Positions 21,715 to 36,276 are shown, counted from the first letter of the stretch. The stretch is 64,000 bases of DNA from Somniosus microcephalus (GCA_052327205.1 CM126210.1:163246001-163310000), one strand, 5' to 3'. Numbers and translations are program-made. The notes: a model not told the origin generated them from the sequence alone.

Positions 21715-24700
21715 GCCACGATCAACCGGCGGCTTTCCGCCAAAGCAGTTCAATCTTACCTGCTGGCGTTTAATATCATTTGTTGGTCTCGTAGAGTGAG
21801 CATTTATTTAAATTTGTGACCAATTTAGTTCTTCTGACAAGCTATCATTATTACAGTTAACTATCGGATATGCTAGTTATTTGGGGAGGGGGAGGGAAAT
21901 GTGGTTAAACTGGAGGAAAGCTATTACATCCCGTATTCTTTCCTGCTGAATATTTCCTTGTATTGTGGTTCCCGTTGAATTGCTAAACTTTAAGAAAGTG
22001 ATAACTATATCTGTGAAGTGAATATGTCCTTGTGACTAATATAGAAATGCGTTACTTCAGATAGTACCGTTGTCGTTGTATTATATAATAGATATTCATT
22101 GTAGTCAATCCAACCTGCACACAGCGCGTAGGTGGCCAAAAAGTAATGACTATTGGATAATAACAGAACTTTTTAGTAAATGCAAGTTTTATTTATTTAT
22201 TCAGTGCAAATTTAAATTTACAAACTTCTAAAAAAAAAATACCCCGAGTTTCCAGATTATCCTTAGTTCTTATTGTAAGTGCAATCGTTACTTAAAAGTT
22301 GTTCAGTCTGTAGAAAACGGTGAGCGCCGCCTCCTTCGCCGAATTTCCTGTAATAGTTCAATGTTTGATGCGACAATCCACTTTTAAATTAGTTTCACAC
22401 CAACAAGTGAAGTGAAGCCGCGCAAAAAGAAAACCTGTTCTAAATGGATTAGCTCCGAGATCTAACGCGAAGGGGATGTTTCGGATGCATTTCACTATTA
22501 AGAGGAATTATTAAATTAGGTTCACATAATATACCCATTAATTTGTTTTCATATACTGTTTTAAAACACAGTGTTCAGTCTCCCCTCCCCCCCCCCCCCC
22601 CCCCATCCACAACCCCAGGCAAACTAAACTGAAGGCAACCTATAAAATTGGTTAACTTTAATTCCGTCTGTCTTTTTGAGTCATGCCATAGATTTTCCCG
22701 GAGAGAGAGAAATTGCTTTTGACTTCAAGGACGGATTGTATAATGGACTTGCAATTTTAAGCTAGTCGAAGTTAGAATAGTCAGCTGACATATAATATAA
22801 TTAATACAATATATTTGCGCTGCCCTGTTTTTGCATTCATTCAAGTTAATGAGTATTATGAACATGAAAGATTGTTTTCTGTTCCAAAAACTTAGTGGAG
22901 TGACAGCGAGCGATTTCCTTAAAAACACAAACCTTTGCAATAGATTTAAGTGATATGTTTGTTGGCGAAAAAAATGAACTTCGAGACCAAACACTGCTCT
23001 GTCCGAGGCTACAACGTGCGCGATTTGAAAGAGTTTGTGTGGTTTCCAGACGGTTTCTTTACCGGGGGGGGGGGGGGGGTGCAATTCGAGCAGCTCACAC
23101 ATATCGGATATTACTAACATATTATTGCGAAAATGCCGGTACGATGAGCATATTCAAATACTGTCCTAATTTGAGTAAATTACAGTAAATTCATGTTTCG
23201 GATAGTGTCATTATATTTATATATAGTGATAATTACATCATTCCATTTTTTAAACACTGCAATATTTATATATTTAAAAACCAGGATGACATACCTGAAC
23301 GCTGATAAGTTTTTTAAATCGTTAAGAACCTTTAAAAAAGATATATTTAAAACCGGCAACTTGCGATTGTGAGAGTGCTGGTGCCTGTGTGTTGTGGTTT
23401 GGACCTCACGTCTTGTGAAGGATATGTTCAGAACCGTGAGTTACTTGTTGGACGCCTTTCAATCTATAAATAAACATCTCGGTGCGTTCAAACAGTCCCC
23501 TCCCCAGTCCATAAAACATTCAGACAGCGCTTCGACCCGCTGCTCATTAACACCATACACAGAATAGATTTTAACCCAGGATTTCAGGGGGAAAACGCGA
23601 ATTGGACATTGAACGAAATCAGTTAAATTAGAACTTTCAGGTTTTTTGTTTCAATCCTAAATTGCGACCATTCCGGTTGTATAATTAACGGGTTCATTTC
23701 ATTTGGGGGGACGGATGGACGGTTTATTTACTTCCAGTCAGAAAGAGGGCAAAATCAGGGGCGCGTTCGTTCACACGTCCTTCAAAACTATGCAAACTTC
23801 AGTAGAAACTACTAGAGGCCGGTGTGTGCAAATGCACGAACAAAGGCAACCACACTAATGTCCAAAGTAAGCATACGGGCTCACACGGTACAAACTGGAA
23901 CAAAATTGCACAGGAGTTAATGCAAGTAAAGGCTGGCGTAGATTCTAACAAATCCGACAGAAACTTCTAAAGACACGTCAACGTGCAAGGGCAGATTTAG
24001 ACACATGCACCCCAGACACACGTATGGTCATACAGACATGTACACTTACACCGACACGTTCAGTGCATTGAATTAAGTGAACATGTAATTGACTCGAAGG
24101 GACCCGAACAAACAGAGCACTCAATAATACCGAAAATCAGATTGTATATTAAATCAACGCGCTGTCCAGCCAAACGGTCAGACTCGCCCAACTACACCAG
24201 CACCGAGATAGTGGGACAGATTTGGAAGCAGAATCTGTTCACACAACTATAGGCGTACAGAACTGTCAGAGACCCAATTCGTTAAATACACATTGATACG
24301 CTGAACATTGAAATCCACGGCTTGTACAGACGTATAAAGTGACGCAGAATGCATAAATCATACAGCGCACAACCAAGATTATATATGTACACAGGCAACT
24401 GGGATGTCCAGACAGACGAATATGAATACAGATGATGCAGAAAGATGGGAGAAATGAAAGTTATAGAAAGTGGATTTAACGAACACGAATGTATACTTCA
24501 GCACCAACACTCATGTACCGATCATGCACACATAAAACACACACACATAGGTAGACAATTAGAAGGTGAAGGGTGCTGTCGCAGCTACAATAGAGATGTC
24601 TCATGTCAATCATTGACCACAATGGCGAGAAAGTAATCTGAGACCGGTGGAAAGGAGTTTTTGTAGGAATTCCCGAATCAAGTTGCATTGTCAATGGCTT

Positions 24701-26891
24701 TAGAAGAACATTACCGTGTATTAACAAAGTTACTTGAGTTTGATTGTTGATTATAATTAGAATAGTTTATATACATATATGCCAAATATGCGCATTTTAC
24801 TACCTTAAACAATACTCCATGTGTCGCAGACACTGAGGGGATATTTTCAGGTATAAAGTTAAAGAATGTGTTTTTTTATTAACCTGTTATTATAAGTAAT
24901 GGTAGTTTAATAAAATCGTTTTATTTAACTTTGAGCAAAATATATCCTTGAGACTTCACTTACATTCACATAGCTCTAGTATTCCAGTCAGTAAATATGC
25001 AAGTTGTGTCTCTTAAAGGATAGGGACGCGAAAAAAAAGACACGTGTGTAAATTATTCTGCCGATCAGACGGTCACATTCCCCGTGCCTATACCCCAACA
25101 GTATGTGTAGTGTTACAGCTAAACTATCTGGTGATATCTTGCACGATAATTGTTAATCTTTCGATGTTTGCAGTTTGCACAACAATGAACAAACAGGCAC
25201 GTAAAACAATCAGGAACGACAAGGAAATGCTCCTTATTTCCAATACAATCCCAGAGAACCGTATGGGTGGCTGTTATCTGATAGAAAGCACGTGCGTTTT
25301 ACAAAAAGTGGGAAATAAGTATTCAAAGGGTTAACTACACATCATTTCAAGTTGGCGAGCTTGTTTATAGCATAGTCCATCAGCTCCTTCATGTGTCTGA
25401 AAATCATCAGCGCTACACTGAAAAGGAATCTACATCCAGCACACCACTCCATCAATACACAGCACGTCGCTGCAAGTAGAAAAGGGCACACCTTCCAGGA
25501 GCAGTAGGAAATAATTTAGGCCAGTGTATTTTTGATTCTGCTTATTGAAAGTTATCCAAAGATCCATAAATTATAATGCGCACTGGTTGCAAATGAATCA
25601 CGTATAATGCCGGTTTATGAGCAGGTAACGGATACCTGGAAATGGTGTTTTGGAGGCATAGATACAGTTGATCATAATATACACGATGAAGGGAGACCTT
25701 AGATCTTCATCTATTAACGAATAAAATATTTCCTCTGTTCAGTATCAGCAATCCCGTACCACCAGTGCGATCGCACAATAAAACAATTTAAAAACGCCCA
25801 TTTCTAATTAATATGATTTATATTTATTTAACCTCATTTTCAACAGCCGCGCTGTTCTTTGTTATTAAAAATGTAAATTTTACTTAATTTTATTTCTCCT
25901 AACATTTACACCAGTTCGGGGATATATCCGCCGCAATCTTTATGCGGTTCTTACGCTGCTGCTGGACTGCAGCAAACTCACGGGCCGGCCCTTTTGGGAT
26001 CTTTATTTTCAATAATGATTTTATTGTAGATGCGTACATATATAATTTATAATTTCGGTGGCAACACTTCAATAGCGTCTACTTGTGAGTTACTGCGGGT
26101 TGTTTGGTTAGTCACTGGCACTCGTGGGCCGGGCAGACTCGTTTAATTGGAGTTGCACTTGCAATTTGAAATGAAGTTGAACACTGAACGAAACTCATAG
26201 CAGGAGTAATAATTGTACATATGTTTGCATATGTGCGTGGGGGGAAAGTTAGGAGAGTTTAAAAGTCATCAAAAGATAAACGCAGGAAAGGCATACATGT
26301 CAGTAGATACTGTTGAATTTTTAAATATTTCAGATATATACTTTTTTAATAAATAGAAATGAAGCGTTGGCAAAACAAGAATTCGTAATATTGTTAAAAT
26401 AATTAGGGGAAACATCTCCACCGCATTTCCCATTACACCAGTTTCGTGCCTTTAGAATTGTAGCGACCGGTTTGATATATATATAAAAAAGCCAGTCACA
26501 TAAAAAATGAAGGATAGAAACCAGTTTTCAACATAACATGAAAGACGACTGTCTGTTGTAAGATGAGAAAGTTTCTTGGTGCACCGTGGATTATAAACAA
26601 TGAATTGGGCTTTTTTAAAATTCCTGGTCCCAAAGCAATGGAGACAGGAACAGAGCGGAAAGACAATCAATTATTCATCCATTTACAAAGTCTTTGACTT
26701 TCGTGGAATTGGGATCAGAATCTGCTCTTGTGAATCTTTAATAAGAGTGCGGAGTTAACTGGCGGACAGGTAATGATCGCACCAGCTAGCACGCGTTCCT
26801 TTTCCGAGAGCATGTTGTATACAATACCATACCAATGTACACCGCCGCAGCAAATTGTGGCCCCGTGCTGAGAAACCTTATCAGCAACTTC

Positions 26892-26948
26892 GAATCATAG
26901 AATGGTTACAGCACAGAGGGAGGCCATTCGGCCCGTCGAGCCCGCGCC
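26892..26948 (-). mobile_element. Short CR1-type 3' tail fragment
   Basis: GAATCATAGAATGGTTACAGCACAGAGGGAGGCCATTCGGCCC, nearly identical to ~29604. Confidence 0.7.
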
Positions 26949-29597
26949 AACTTAATGATTTAAAAAAAAAGTAGGTCACTTAATTGAGAGACAACTTCGA
27001 GGGTAAGCAGTGTTCGAGGCAAGTCTAAATTATAGAGAAATATGGATATTGTCATTGCTACCAGAATTAATTCGTTGTATTTTGCGCCACAAACAATTCC
27101 GTGTTTACGTCGATCAGCCTTGATAAGCGCACTACCAGAAAGTAAAACAAAATACAAAGTCATCTACAAATATTGAATATTCCAGCTCACGTCAACTGAA
27201 TAAATGCCATCTCGTAAACGTTTTTTGTTGTTGCATATAACAGGCTGAAAAATACATTTCTAACATGTCTTTGATAGGTTTTCTGTTTGATCTCTGGGCG
27301 CCGTCTTGTAAACCAACAGGACCAGACTAATTCAGCATATTTCAGTCAGTTCAGGAAATCTAATGCAGTTCATCCGAGGAAATCAATGTAGTTTTCATAT
27401 TGCAGCACAGTTTTGTACGCCAGCAATAAAAAGAAAGAAAGCCTACTGGAGTAGCACTGCTGTCAGCTACATTGCTGAATGTTTACTAACAATACTGCCA
27501 ACTTTCTGAAAGCATTCAGGCAAGTGCATGCTAAGCTGGTACAGATAGGATATTTTGTCAGTTGTTAAATACAGTTTATCTATGGCTTCGAAGGAGACAT
27601 ATTTCTTTCATGGAAACCTGATTTGAATATTTTCCTGCACCGACACATTCAACAGCATATCCAAACTTCTTAACATACACACAAAACATGAAGTGTTTTG
27701 AAAGTTCGTGTGTCTGTGTGCTTGTAAGCGCTGACTGTCTCCGGTCCCGACTGTCCGAACATGATACACTGGCGCGCCCTATCGGTTAGAATGGGCAACT
27801 ACCGCTTCCAGCGGTTTTCGAAACATTCAGGTTCCTTTACACCAAAAAAATCTGCCCGAAGTGACTGCTTTTGTGAAATTTTCCGCGACGACACCATTAC
27901 AGATCTTCCAACGAAAAACGAAACCGAATTGTTTGAAAAGTCGATGGTAAACGGAGGTTTATTTGCAGAGTCGGGAACAGAGCGAGTGTCGCTAAACGAT
28001 TGGCTGATTGTTCTAATCAGAGTGACGGCTCTCTGATCAATCAATCACCTATTGATCAGTCCGTCAAAAAGAGGGGACGCTTGTTTTACATGTGATGTAC
28101 AACACGGGCAGAAATAACAGAACAAGGATTGCATTGCCACCTCAAATTGGCATGTTAGTTAATTTACGGTAAGTGTCAGTTGTAGATACACCATCCTGCA
28201 ATGTTTATTATTAATCAAACAAAATGTTGCTTTATTGTGGTCAATACTTGTTAGTTCCGGTGGAGTAGAAATGTGCACGTTAATGAATATTGTATTGCTT
28301 CCATTGAGGTTGAATGGAATTAGTCGTACTTGGTTGAACACACACATGATGCCTCCCATAAAATATAAAACACAAAACTACCCAGCACTGTAATACTGGT
28401 CATACGTGGAACATTACAGGACTAATTTTTATCTTTAGAAAAATGTCTCAATGGTGGTCCCTTTAAAAGTTAGCCGCGTGTGTTTGTGTTTGTCATCATG
28501 TAAAGCAGAACAATCCGATCTTTAGGAGAAAGATTAGCGATTACTTCGCACGGCCAGTCACGGAGTTGAACTTGGTTTCCAATTCTTCCAAAGCAGAGCA
28601 CAATCTATGAAGTCGTCCCGCGTTTCCGAAATAGGCTGGATGGCAATGCCCAGCAGACACGCTAGTGAACTATTGACGTTTACACGTTGTAGCCGCTGGA
28701 AAACAATACCAAAGTAACGATATATCTGTGTGTATGTATATATAAAATGTACATCGGTAGGAGACGGTAGTTGAATGGAGGAAATTATATATGTTTTAAG
28801 TTTGAAGAAAATTACTGGATAGGTCATCACTCTAACCGAATTCTTTCTCTTCACATAGCTTATACTTTTTTCTTCAGATGAGGAATACAAGCTTAAGTTT
28901 TGCGCCAAATGAGTGAGATTCCGATTCGAACATTAATTTATACTATTTTCAACTTTTCTTATTGGGTATAGTCTAACTCATGTTTGACTATAAACATTGA
29001 ATTGACTCGGTATAGGTTGGTAAATGCGAAATAGTAATACACATCCAGACTGCTGCTGCAACCTAGAGTGTCGACATGGACATTGATGTTCTCCGAGCTG
29101 TTGGAGTAAACCAGGTTGGAGCCCATCAACACCAGAGAAAGGGGTTAACACTGTGAATTAACCTGCGATCTCATACTTCAAAATAGAATGGAAACTTGGA
29201 AAACCTTGCCACCCTAGGGATGCTGTAATTTATCCTGTAAACCCTTGACTTCTACACACTACAATATTTATGATTATTTATATGTGTGCGTTATTGTGAA
29301 ATTCGCTAATGAGGAAGTTTCTCTCTGCCGTCCTTAAAGGTATAAATGTTTCCCGCAGCGCCCTTCCGCGATAATTACAAAATGCAGTTACGAAACACGA
29401 CTGTGGCAAATTGTTGGGCGCGTAAATCGGTGGAACATCTGCCTGGGGGAATGAGTTACTTTTTTTTTTATATAGGGGGGAGCCTTATGTAGCGAATGAT
29501 TTAAATTGTATACAGTTAAACGACAAGAAGAAATCTGAAGAGACTTTGTTCATTTATTTTTAGAATGAGTAATCTGGAGTCAGATTTACAAACCGTC

Positions 29598-29706
29598 TTC
29601 ATAGAATCATAGAATGGTTACAGCACGGAGGGCGGCCATTCGGCCCGTCAATCCCGTGCCGACTCTCAGCTAGTCCCACTCCCCTGCCCTTTCCCCGTAG
29701 CCCTGC
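29598..29706 (-). mobile_element. Short CR1-type 3' tail fragment
   Basis: CATAGAATCATAGAATGGTTACAGCACGGAGGGCGGCCATTCGGCCC, with the 8-mer tail repeat. Confidence 0.7.
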
Positions 29707-30044
29707 ATTTTACATAATTGCGAGCACATTAAAACAGAAGAGCCCACAGCAGATTGTGTAAATGAAGCAAGAGTTCACAACGAAAGCAATCGTCAGTCAG
29801 AATATGCAGCCAGTGCCTGAATGTTAGTGTAATGTTACTGTAGAAAGTGTAAAAATTAAGTCTTAATATACAGTTTTGCATCCGCTTGATCACTATCATC
29901 TACAAACTGGCACTGAGTCAATCTGTCCCAGCTATATACAAACAACTTTAGGATTTCACTAAGGTCAAGTGTAAAAGTACCAAGAAAATTCACCCCTCCC
30001 TCAAAACACACGACACAAACTCTTTAAAAAAAACACATCCTTAT

Positions 30045-30152
30045 CGTTATCCTACATTGCAACAGTGACTACACTTCAAAAGTACTTCATTGGTTGCAAA
30101 GCGCTTTGGGACGTCCTGAGGTCGAAAAGTGCTAAATAAATACAAGTCTTTC
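30045..30152 (+). mobile_element. SINE 3' tail, SacSINE1/DeuSINE-like with an L2-related end
   Basis: CCTACATTGCAACAGTGACTACACTTCAAAAGTACTTCATTGGTTGCAAAGCGCTTTGGGACGTCCTGAGG...AAATACAAGTCTTT. Family assignment is from memory. Confidence 0.6.
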
Positions 30153-30393
30153 ATTCTTTATAAGTTCGAAGAGCGTGGACCCAGTGACCTGTCCGCACCG
30201 ATGTTCCGGAAGCCTGTCACATTCCTCTGTTGAATGTGTCTATTTTGGTCCATGCATTGAATATCAAAGAAACCCCAGGTCTGAAATGTCAGCATGTTTA
30301 CAGCAAGTGCAGGCCGAGGGACAGGGAAACTCATTTTGTAATGAGCTCGTGATTTTTTTGTTGTTGAGGCATTTTTGTTATATCTATTTGTTT

Positions 30394-30478
30394 AATAAGA
30401 ACATAAGAAATAGGAGCAGGAGTAGGCCATACAGCCCCTCGCGCCTGCTCGGCCATTCAATAAGATCATGGCTGAACT
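30394..30478 (-). mobile_element. CR1 3' tail fragment
   Basis: TAAGAACATAAGAAATAGGAGCAGGAGTAGGCCAT...AGATCATGGCTGA, similar to 36277 and 47545. Confidence 0.7.
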
Positions 30479-33049
30479 TTTACAAAAACTCCACCTGCCC
30501 GCCCTCATTACTCTCTACTCAGGTTGCCTGGAAATGCAAAATAAAAGAACGGAACCAGCACAAAATCTTGACAAATACATTTAAATTAAAAATAAATTCC
30601 AAGTAGGCAGTTTCACACAGGTGCTTCTGTCAGCAGTGTGAAGCACGCACACCCACCGATTCCTGGATTAAACAAGCCCTCTACTTTCAACGAGTTATTG
30701 CAGTCTTTAAAATTCTCAACCACCAACATTCCCGAGAAGGAATACGTTTTGGATGGGAAAAAAACTTTGATCTGTGCGATTGCAAAGTTCAGACTCTATA
30801 GTCAATGAAATGACAGGAAATATGTCACTTTGACAGTGCAGGGCAAAATGCTGCATTGAACCAACAAGGCACCCTCTAGGCAAATTGCTTTGGTTTTATT
30901 TAAGGACTGTAATATGCTATAGTGCAAGCAAGTGTTTCCCAGAATTTCTCTTCAACCATTCAAAGAACGTGTCACCCAATAATAGATGGCAATATACTCA
31001 AATTTTAATATAACATTTGAGTATATAAATGCCAATAGCTTTGAAACTTAGCACAATAGATTTCGGGAAGTTTGTGACAGCCTGACAATAGTTACAGTGT
31101 AGACAGGTATAGAGGTCTCAGACCCAGCGAGGGGTGCAACTTCTTCGGGTTGAGCCATGCGCCGACTTTTTCCGCAAATAATTGAATCATTGCAATTTGA
31201 TTTCCGCCATTAACTTCGTTATTACCAACCTCAAATCCGAGCAGGTTATTTCATAATTTAATAACGGTTTTGATTTACAAAATTAGTCTAAATTCCACTG
31301 CTGGCCCAAATCTATTGTTTACATCATTCATAAAATAGATTAAACCTAAATATTTATTAGAGAGCTGTGAGATCGATTTTTATTTATGCTGAAACATATA
31401 GTACCTCCCGAGTGCATTTCAATCTTATCAAATGCCGTAGTAAATATTTCCGGCAAAACAGATACTACAGTTCCTAGAATCTCCATTTAAGAAATAAAAT
31501 TCACAAATGCAGGTCAAAATTTTAATACTTTACCATCAATAACTGAATTCAGGAATAGTGGAAACTAGTCCACCACGCCTTTGGACCTAATACACACACA
31601 CACATACGGAACTGATAAATGTTCCAGTTTGTTATACTGACTTTATAGGGAACAACTTCATGCTGTGATATTTCCCCCTGTTTGTGAAACAAAAGCAACA
31701 TGTGAGGGTCCACTGGATACACGGACCGTGGGCCGTGTACATACAAAGACCGCGACAATGCTGCGGCCCCGTTTTAAACAAATATTTCAATCATTTAAAT
31801 CTTCAGTTTAAATCATTAGGAAGCAATATCTTGCAATGCAAAGTCCTATTTTACACGTTGCTGAGAAGCACGCTGTTAAGCTAAAGCTTTAAGTGAACAG
31901 TCCCATCCCAATAAAAGTAAGGTTTCACGTGGCACTCGATTGGTCTGGGGAGAAGTACAGTATTCATTCTATACCTGTTATGTAAACACGGCAAACTATG
32001 TTAATTTCCATCATTTCTTTACAGGTTCCGCTGAAAGACATGAAACAAACTGGTCCTATGTAACGATATCCAGCGGCACTGTCCAGATTTAACCGATGTT
32101 CAGGTTACAACAGGCACTGTGAGGCTGCGCCTGACAGGAGCGTTGCACAGTGCAGGTATATTTCTTAAGATCAATACTTGCGACGAGGAAGCTAGTTACA
32201 ATAATTACTGGCTATTACAGTAATTCACTTTTAACTAGCTAGTTGTTTCACTGTGCGTATATTTGCAGTATATTTAAACATCTTTTAAAAACCGAAGAAT
32301 TGACGGGAGGTTCGATTGAGCAACTGATTGAAATATAAACAATAATGGGTCAAGGGTTATTTTCAGTTAAAATGATGGCTCAGATATAGTGTATGTAATT
32401 TGTAAATATAGGATGTAACTTGTTGAAATAAGGACACTCTCCAAAATGTAGGTCATAAAATAAAATATTCTCCTCTACCTTAGGCTTATCTCTCCTTTTC
32501 ATAGCTTCTCAGCAATGTTGTGTAACAATGACTATCACTTGACAAATACCGTGTCCATTCAGTTTCATTGTTAGATCTTGGTTCTCGCTTTCGAATTGGA
32601 ATATGTCAAATCCAAACTAATTAAACAGTTGTAATTTCGGCTCCCTCAGTGGCAGCTTAATTTATTAATAGAGGAGAGACCCCCATCTCTCTCTAAATTA
32701 GGTACACACCTTGGCCCCGAAGTTCATGTGGTAGGGAACGCTGCTCTCCATCTCTCTGCAGATTCAAATCATTGAATGGGTCTCTTCATTCTTCGCTTGG
32801 ACCACGCTCACGAAATATCTGAAGAAGAAGCGAATTGCCTTTTTAGAGAATAAGGTGGGCTTACACTGGGAGTTTAATTTCATAGACTGGTGCCTACCAT
32901 TCCGCATTTACCGGAGAAGGACGTCGCAATATTTGATTCATCCCACTCACATCTTGATGGGGAAATCAAAGCACAAATGAAGCAAGATCAAATATATTTT
33001 TTTAAGGTGAGCCTCATATAGTATACAACAGAATAGCACGATTATAATT

Positions 33050-33582
33050 ACTCACCTCCTGACTCCCCAAAGCCTCTCCACCAACTACAAGGCACAAGTC
33101 AGGAGTGTGATACTTCCTATTTGTCTGGATAAGTGCAGCTGCAACAATACTCAAGAAGCTCCACACCATCCAGGATAAAGCAGTTCAATTGATTGGCATC
33201 CCATCCACTAACCTAAACATCCATTACCAGCATACCATACCCGCAGCTGCAGTGTGTATTATCTACAGGATGCACTGTAGCAGCTGCCAAGACTTCTTTG
33301 GTAGCACCTCCCAAACACACAAGCTCCACCACCTACAATACAAGGGCAGCAGATGCATTGTAAACACCATCACCTCATAGTTTCTCTCCAAGTCACACGC
33401 CATTATGTCTTGGACATATATCAACGTTCCTTCATGGTTGCTGGGTCAAAATTGTGGCAGCTCCTTCACCACATGGACTACAACGAAACAAGAAGAAGGC
33501 CCACCACCATCATCATCTCATGGTAACTAGGGATGGGCATTAATGCCAACCTTGCCAGTGATGCCCACATCCTGAGAATAAT
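33050..33582 (+). mobile_element. Decayed CR1-like LINE 3' part
   Basis: Colinear with 63805-64000 (CTCACCTCCTGACTCCCCAAAGCC...CAAGGCACAAGTCAGGAGTGTGAT). It ends in CTAGGGATGGGCATTAATGCC. Confidence 0.75.
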
Positions 33583-35546
33583 ACTTTTAAAATACCAAAC
33601 TTAACTGTAAGTTGATAACAACCAAACGTCTGAGGTAAAATTAAGTACATCAAGAGCGAAGTTGAAGGATCATACAAGCTAAGACAAGAGGTATTATGGT
33701 GAGAGTGTGGACAAGAGAGCTGGGAAGAACCATGGGAGGTCTATTCTGGCTTAATATTGATAGGTTGCTTAGAACCCTTACAGTAGGTCAGAGAATTTAC
33801 ATTAATAAAGTTGTTAGGCCTGATCTTCAGGGGTCTAAAGGACCAGTCTGAAAAGGATCAAGTATTTGGAAAAAATAAGTGGATACCACACCTGTGGGAG
33901 AATGAAACTCAGAGGAAAATTGGCAACAGTAATATTTGAAGGGGAGGGCAGGGGAAGGGAGGCGAGGAGATGAGAGGGACAAGCAAGCAGGGCAATGTTT
34001 GTGGCAGATCCCCCCCTCCCCACAATATAATGAGAATGGGAGAGAAAAGTACAGAGTCCTCCAGGACTGCGGCATCACCAAGTCCAGCCCTAGAACAGGC
34101 CCAAGGATTAACTGTGAACAGTGGGACCAGCACAATCCACTATTTCTTCATGCACAATAAGTCAAAAAAGGAGGCTATATGCAAATTTAGCTTGGGGTAT
34201 ATGAAAAGAATGCATCATTCTCCCTGATTGAGTCACCTTCTATAATTACCCCTTTCACACTGAGCAAGGTAGAGAACCAGCAGCCCCCAGAGAACTGGAA
34301 AGGAACGGTAAACAGGTAAATTAAATATCCCATTATGGAACCTAATGGGACCTAAACAGGAAGAACAAAGACATAATGCAGTTGGTGGAGTATGATCCAG
34401 ATAACTGTAGTGGACTTGATCTCTTGTAGTATCATGCCCAATATGACTGGACTAAGGAACGAGTCCAGAAGATATTCAAGTGGGAGTTAATTTTGCTGCG
34501 CCCTCTCAAACACTGAACTGTAATCTCAGGCCAGCCATACAACTTTACTGGTATGATGTAGGCACAATGGAGACTTTTCAATTGTCTCTTTCACAGGCAC
34601 TTGTTGGTTAATAATATGGCAATTGAAGCCCAAATAGCTCCTCATTCATCAAACATAAAGTGAAACAAGCGCAGCATGCCCATAGAAAAAATATAGAATA
34701 CAATTCTAAAATCAACTCATCTTCCTCAATCAATCCATGCAGAACAACTGCAGCCTCAAACTCTGCCTAGAAACTCAACACATGACTTGTGGTGTAGAAA
34801 ACAAATGGTAGATCTGCTGATTTTGTAAATTAAAAGTCATAATTTTTAAGCAAATACTTGGTTCATAGGAAAGTGAGGGTCTGAGTCAGCCTCCAGCAAA
34901 TGGGAGAGCCATGAAAACCCACAATCGCACCAATTAAAGAAACATTGCAGGGTGAATATTAAAGTTGTTCCACAGGGGGAAAGAGATATACAAACTTTGT
35001 GCATAATGTTTCATTTGACTTTCACGATAACGCACAAAATGAGATAAGTCTTCACCACAATGGTGACTCAAGACCATTCAAAAGAACTTGGAACAGGGCA
35101 TGAGAATACATGTTGAATCTTCATCTATAGAATATATGCCCATTTGCCAGCTGATCAACCCAAAAATAGTACAGGCAATTGGGAATGCTAAACCAGCCTG
35201 ACAAAAGATAGCATTGCAACAAGGTTAGTCTGTTCTGCACATACCAACAATTCAATATGAAATGTAAATTTTTCTGATCCAATTCCAAAAAGGTGGGCCA
35301 GAGAGTATGAACTAGGAGCATTTCAAATAAATAGCATAATATTAATTTTAAAACACTCAGGCAGTTATGAGAGAACATGCAAACATATGAAAAAGGTGGG
35401 AAAAGACCATTAAGCCCATCAGCTCACTCATCCAGACACAGTGCAACCATACACACCATTGACCAACTGAGCAATCACCTGGGAGAGGCAAAAAGGAAGA
35501 AACATTCCTGCAGGCAGTGCAGGATAAACTCTGGGAAATTCCTATA

Positions 35547-35715
35547 CAATAGCAAAATACTGCGGATGCTGGAAATCTGAAATAACAACAGAAAATGCTG
35601 GAAACACTCAGCAGGCCAGGCAGCATCCGTGGAGAGAGAAACAGTTAACGTTTCAGGTCTGGGACCCTTCATCAGAACTGGAAAAAGCTGGAGATGTAAC
35701 AGATATTAAGCAGGT
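35547..35715 (-). mobile_element. Penelope terminal-repeat fragment with hammerhead motif (35642-35680)
   Basis: The reverse complement CAGTT-CTGATGA-A-GGGTC-CCA-GACCT-GAAA-CG-TT-AACTG is homologous to 14688-14790. Confidence 0.8.
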
Positions 35716-35892
35716 GAGGAGACAGGATGGGAAATTCCTCCCTGACTTCCTAAGGCAACCAATCAAGACTCCAATAGCCCATAATTCCTACTGACTGGCA
35801 ACTCACTCTCTACAACTGAAAAGTTCTAACGGTGTGTAGTGAATCCATAGTGAAAGAGAAATACCATCTAGTCATGTATCCTACTAAGTATG

Positions 35893-36072
35893 GACAGCAT
35901 CTATGGAGAGAGAAACACAGTTAACGTTTCAGATAGATGAAGTTTCATCAGAAAGGTGAAAGGCCATCGACCTGAAAAGTTCTCTCTCCACAGATGCTGC
36001 CTGACCTGCTGAGTAGTTCCAGCATTTTCTGTATTTATTTCAGATTTCCAGCATCCACAGTATTTTGCTTTT
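35893..36072. mobile_element. Inverted pair of Penelope terminal fragments
   Basis: A minus copy at 35893-35953 is joined to a plus copy at 35957-36072 (GACCTGAAAAGTT...CCACAGATGCTGCCTGACCTGCTGAGT). Confidence 0.75.
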
Positions 36073-36276
36073 CTGCTAAGTAGGGTTTTAGTTAGCATAG
36101 TATAAATGCCTCAGATATGCTCCCCCAAATACCAATGCCTGATGCAGTCCAATAAAATGAGTAAAATGTTCAAGCTGAGGAAAGTGGATATTTATCCAAG
36201 CCATTTCCTCTGACTTGACCTTATAAACATTCACATTTTTAATTGTCTGGAAGCAAGATTTTCTCAAAAGAGTCAG

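Noticed and set aside
22582-23079. Poly-C and poly-G tracts ~480 bp apart as a paired structure
   Set aside because: The flanks show no further complementarity, so they are independent homopolymers.
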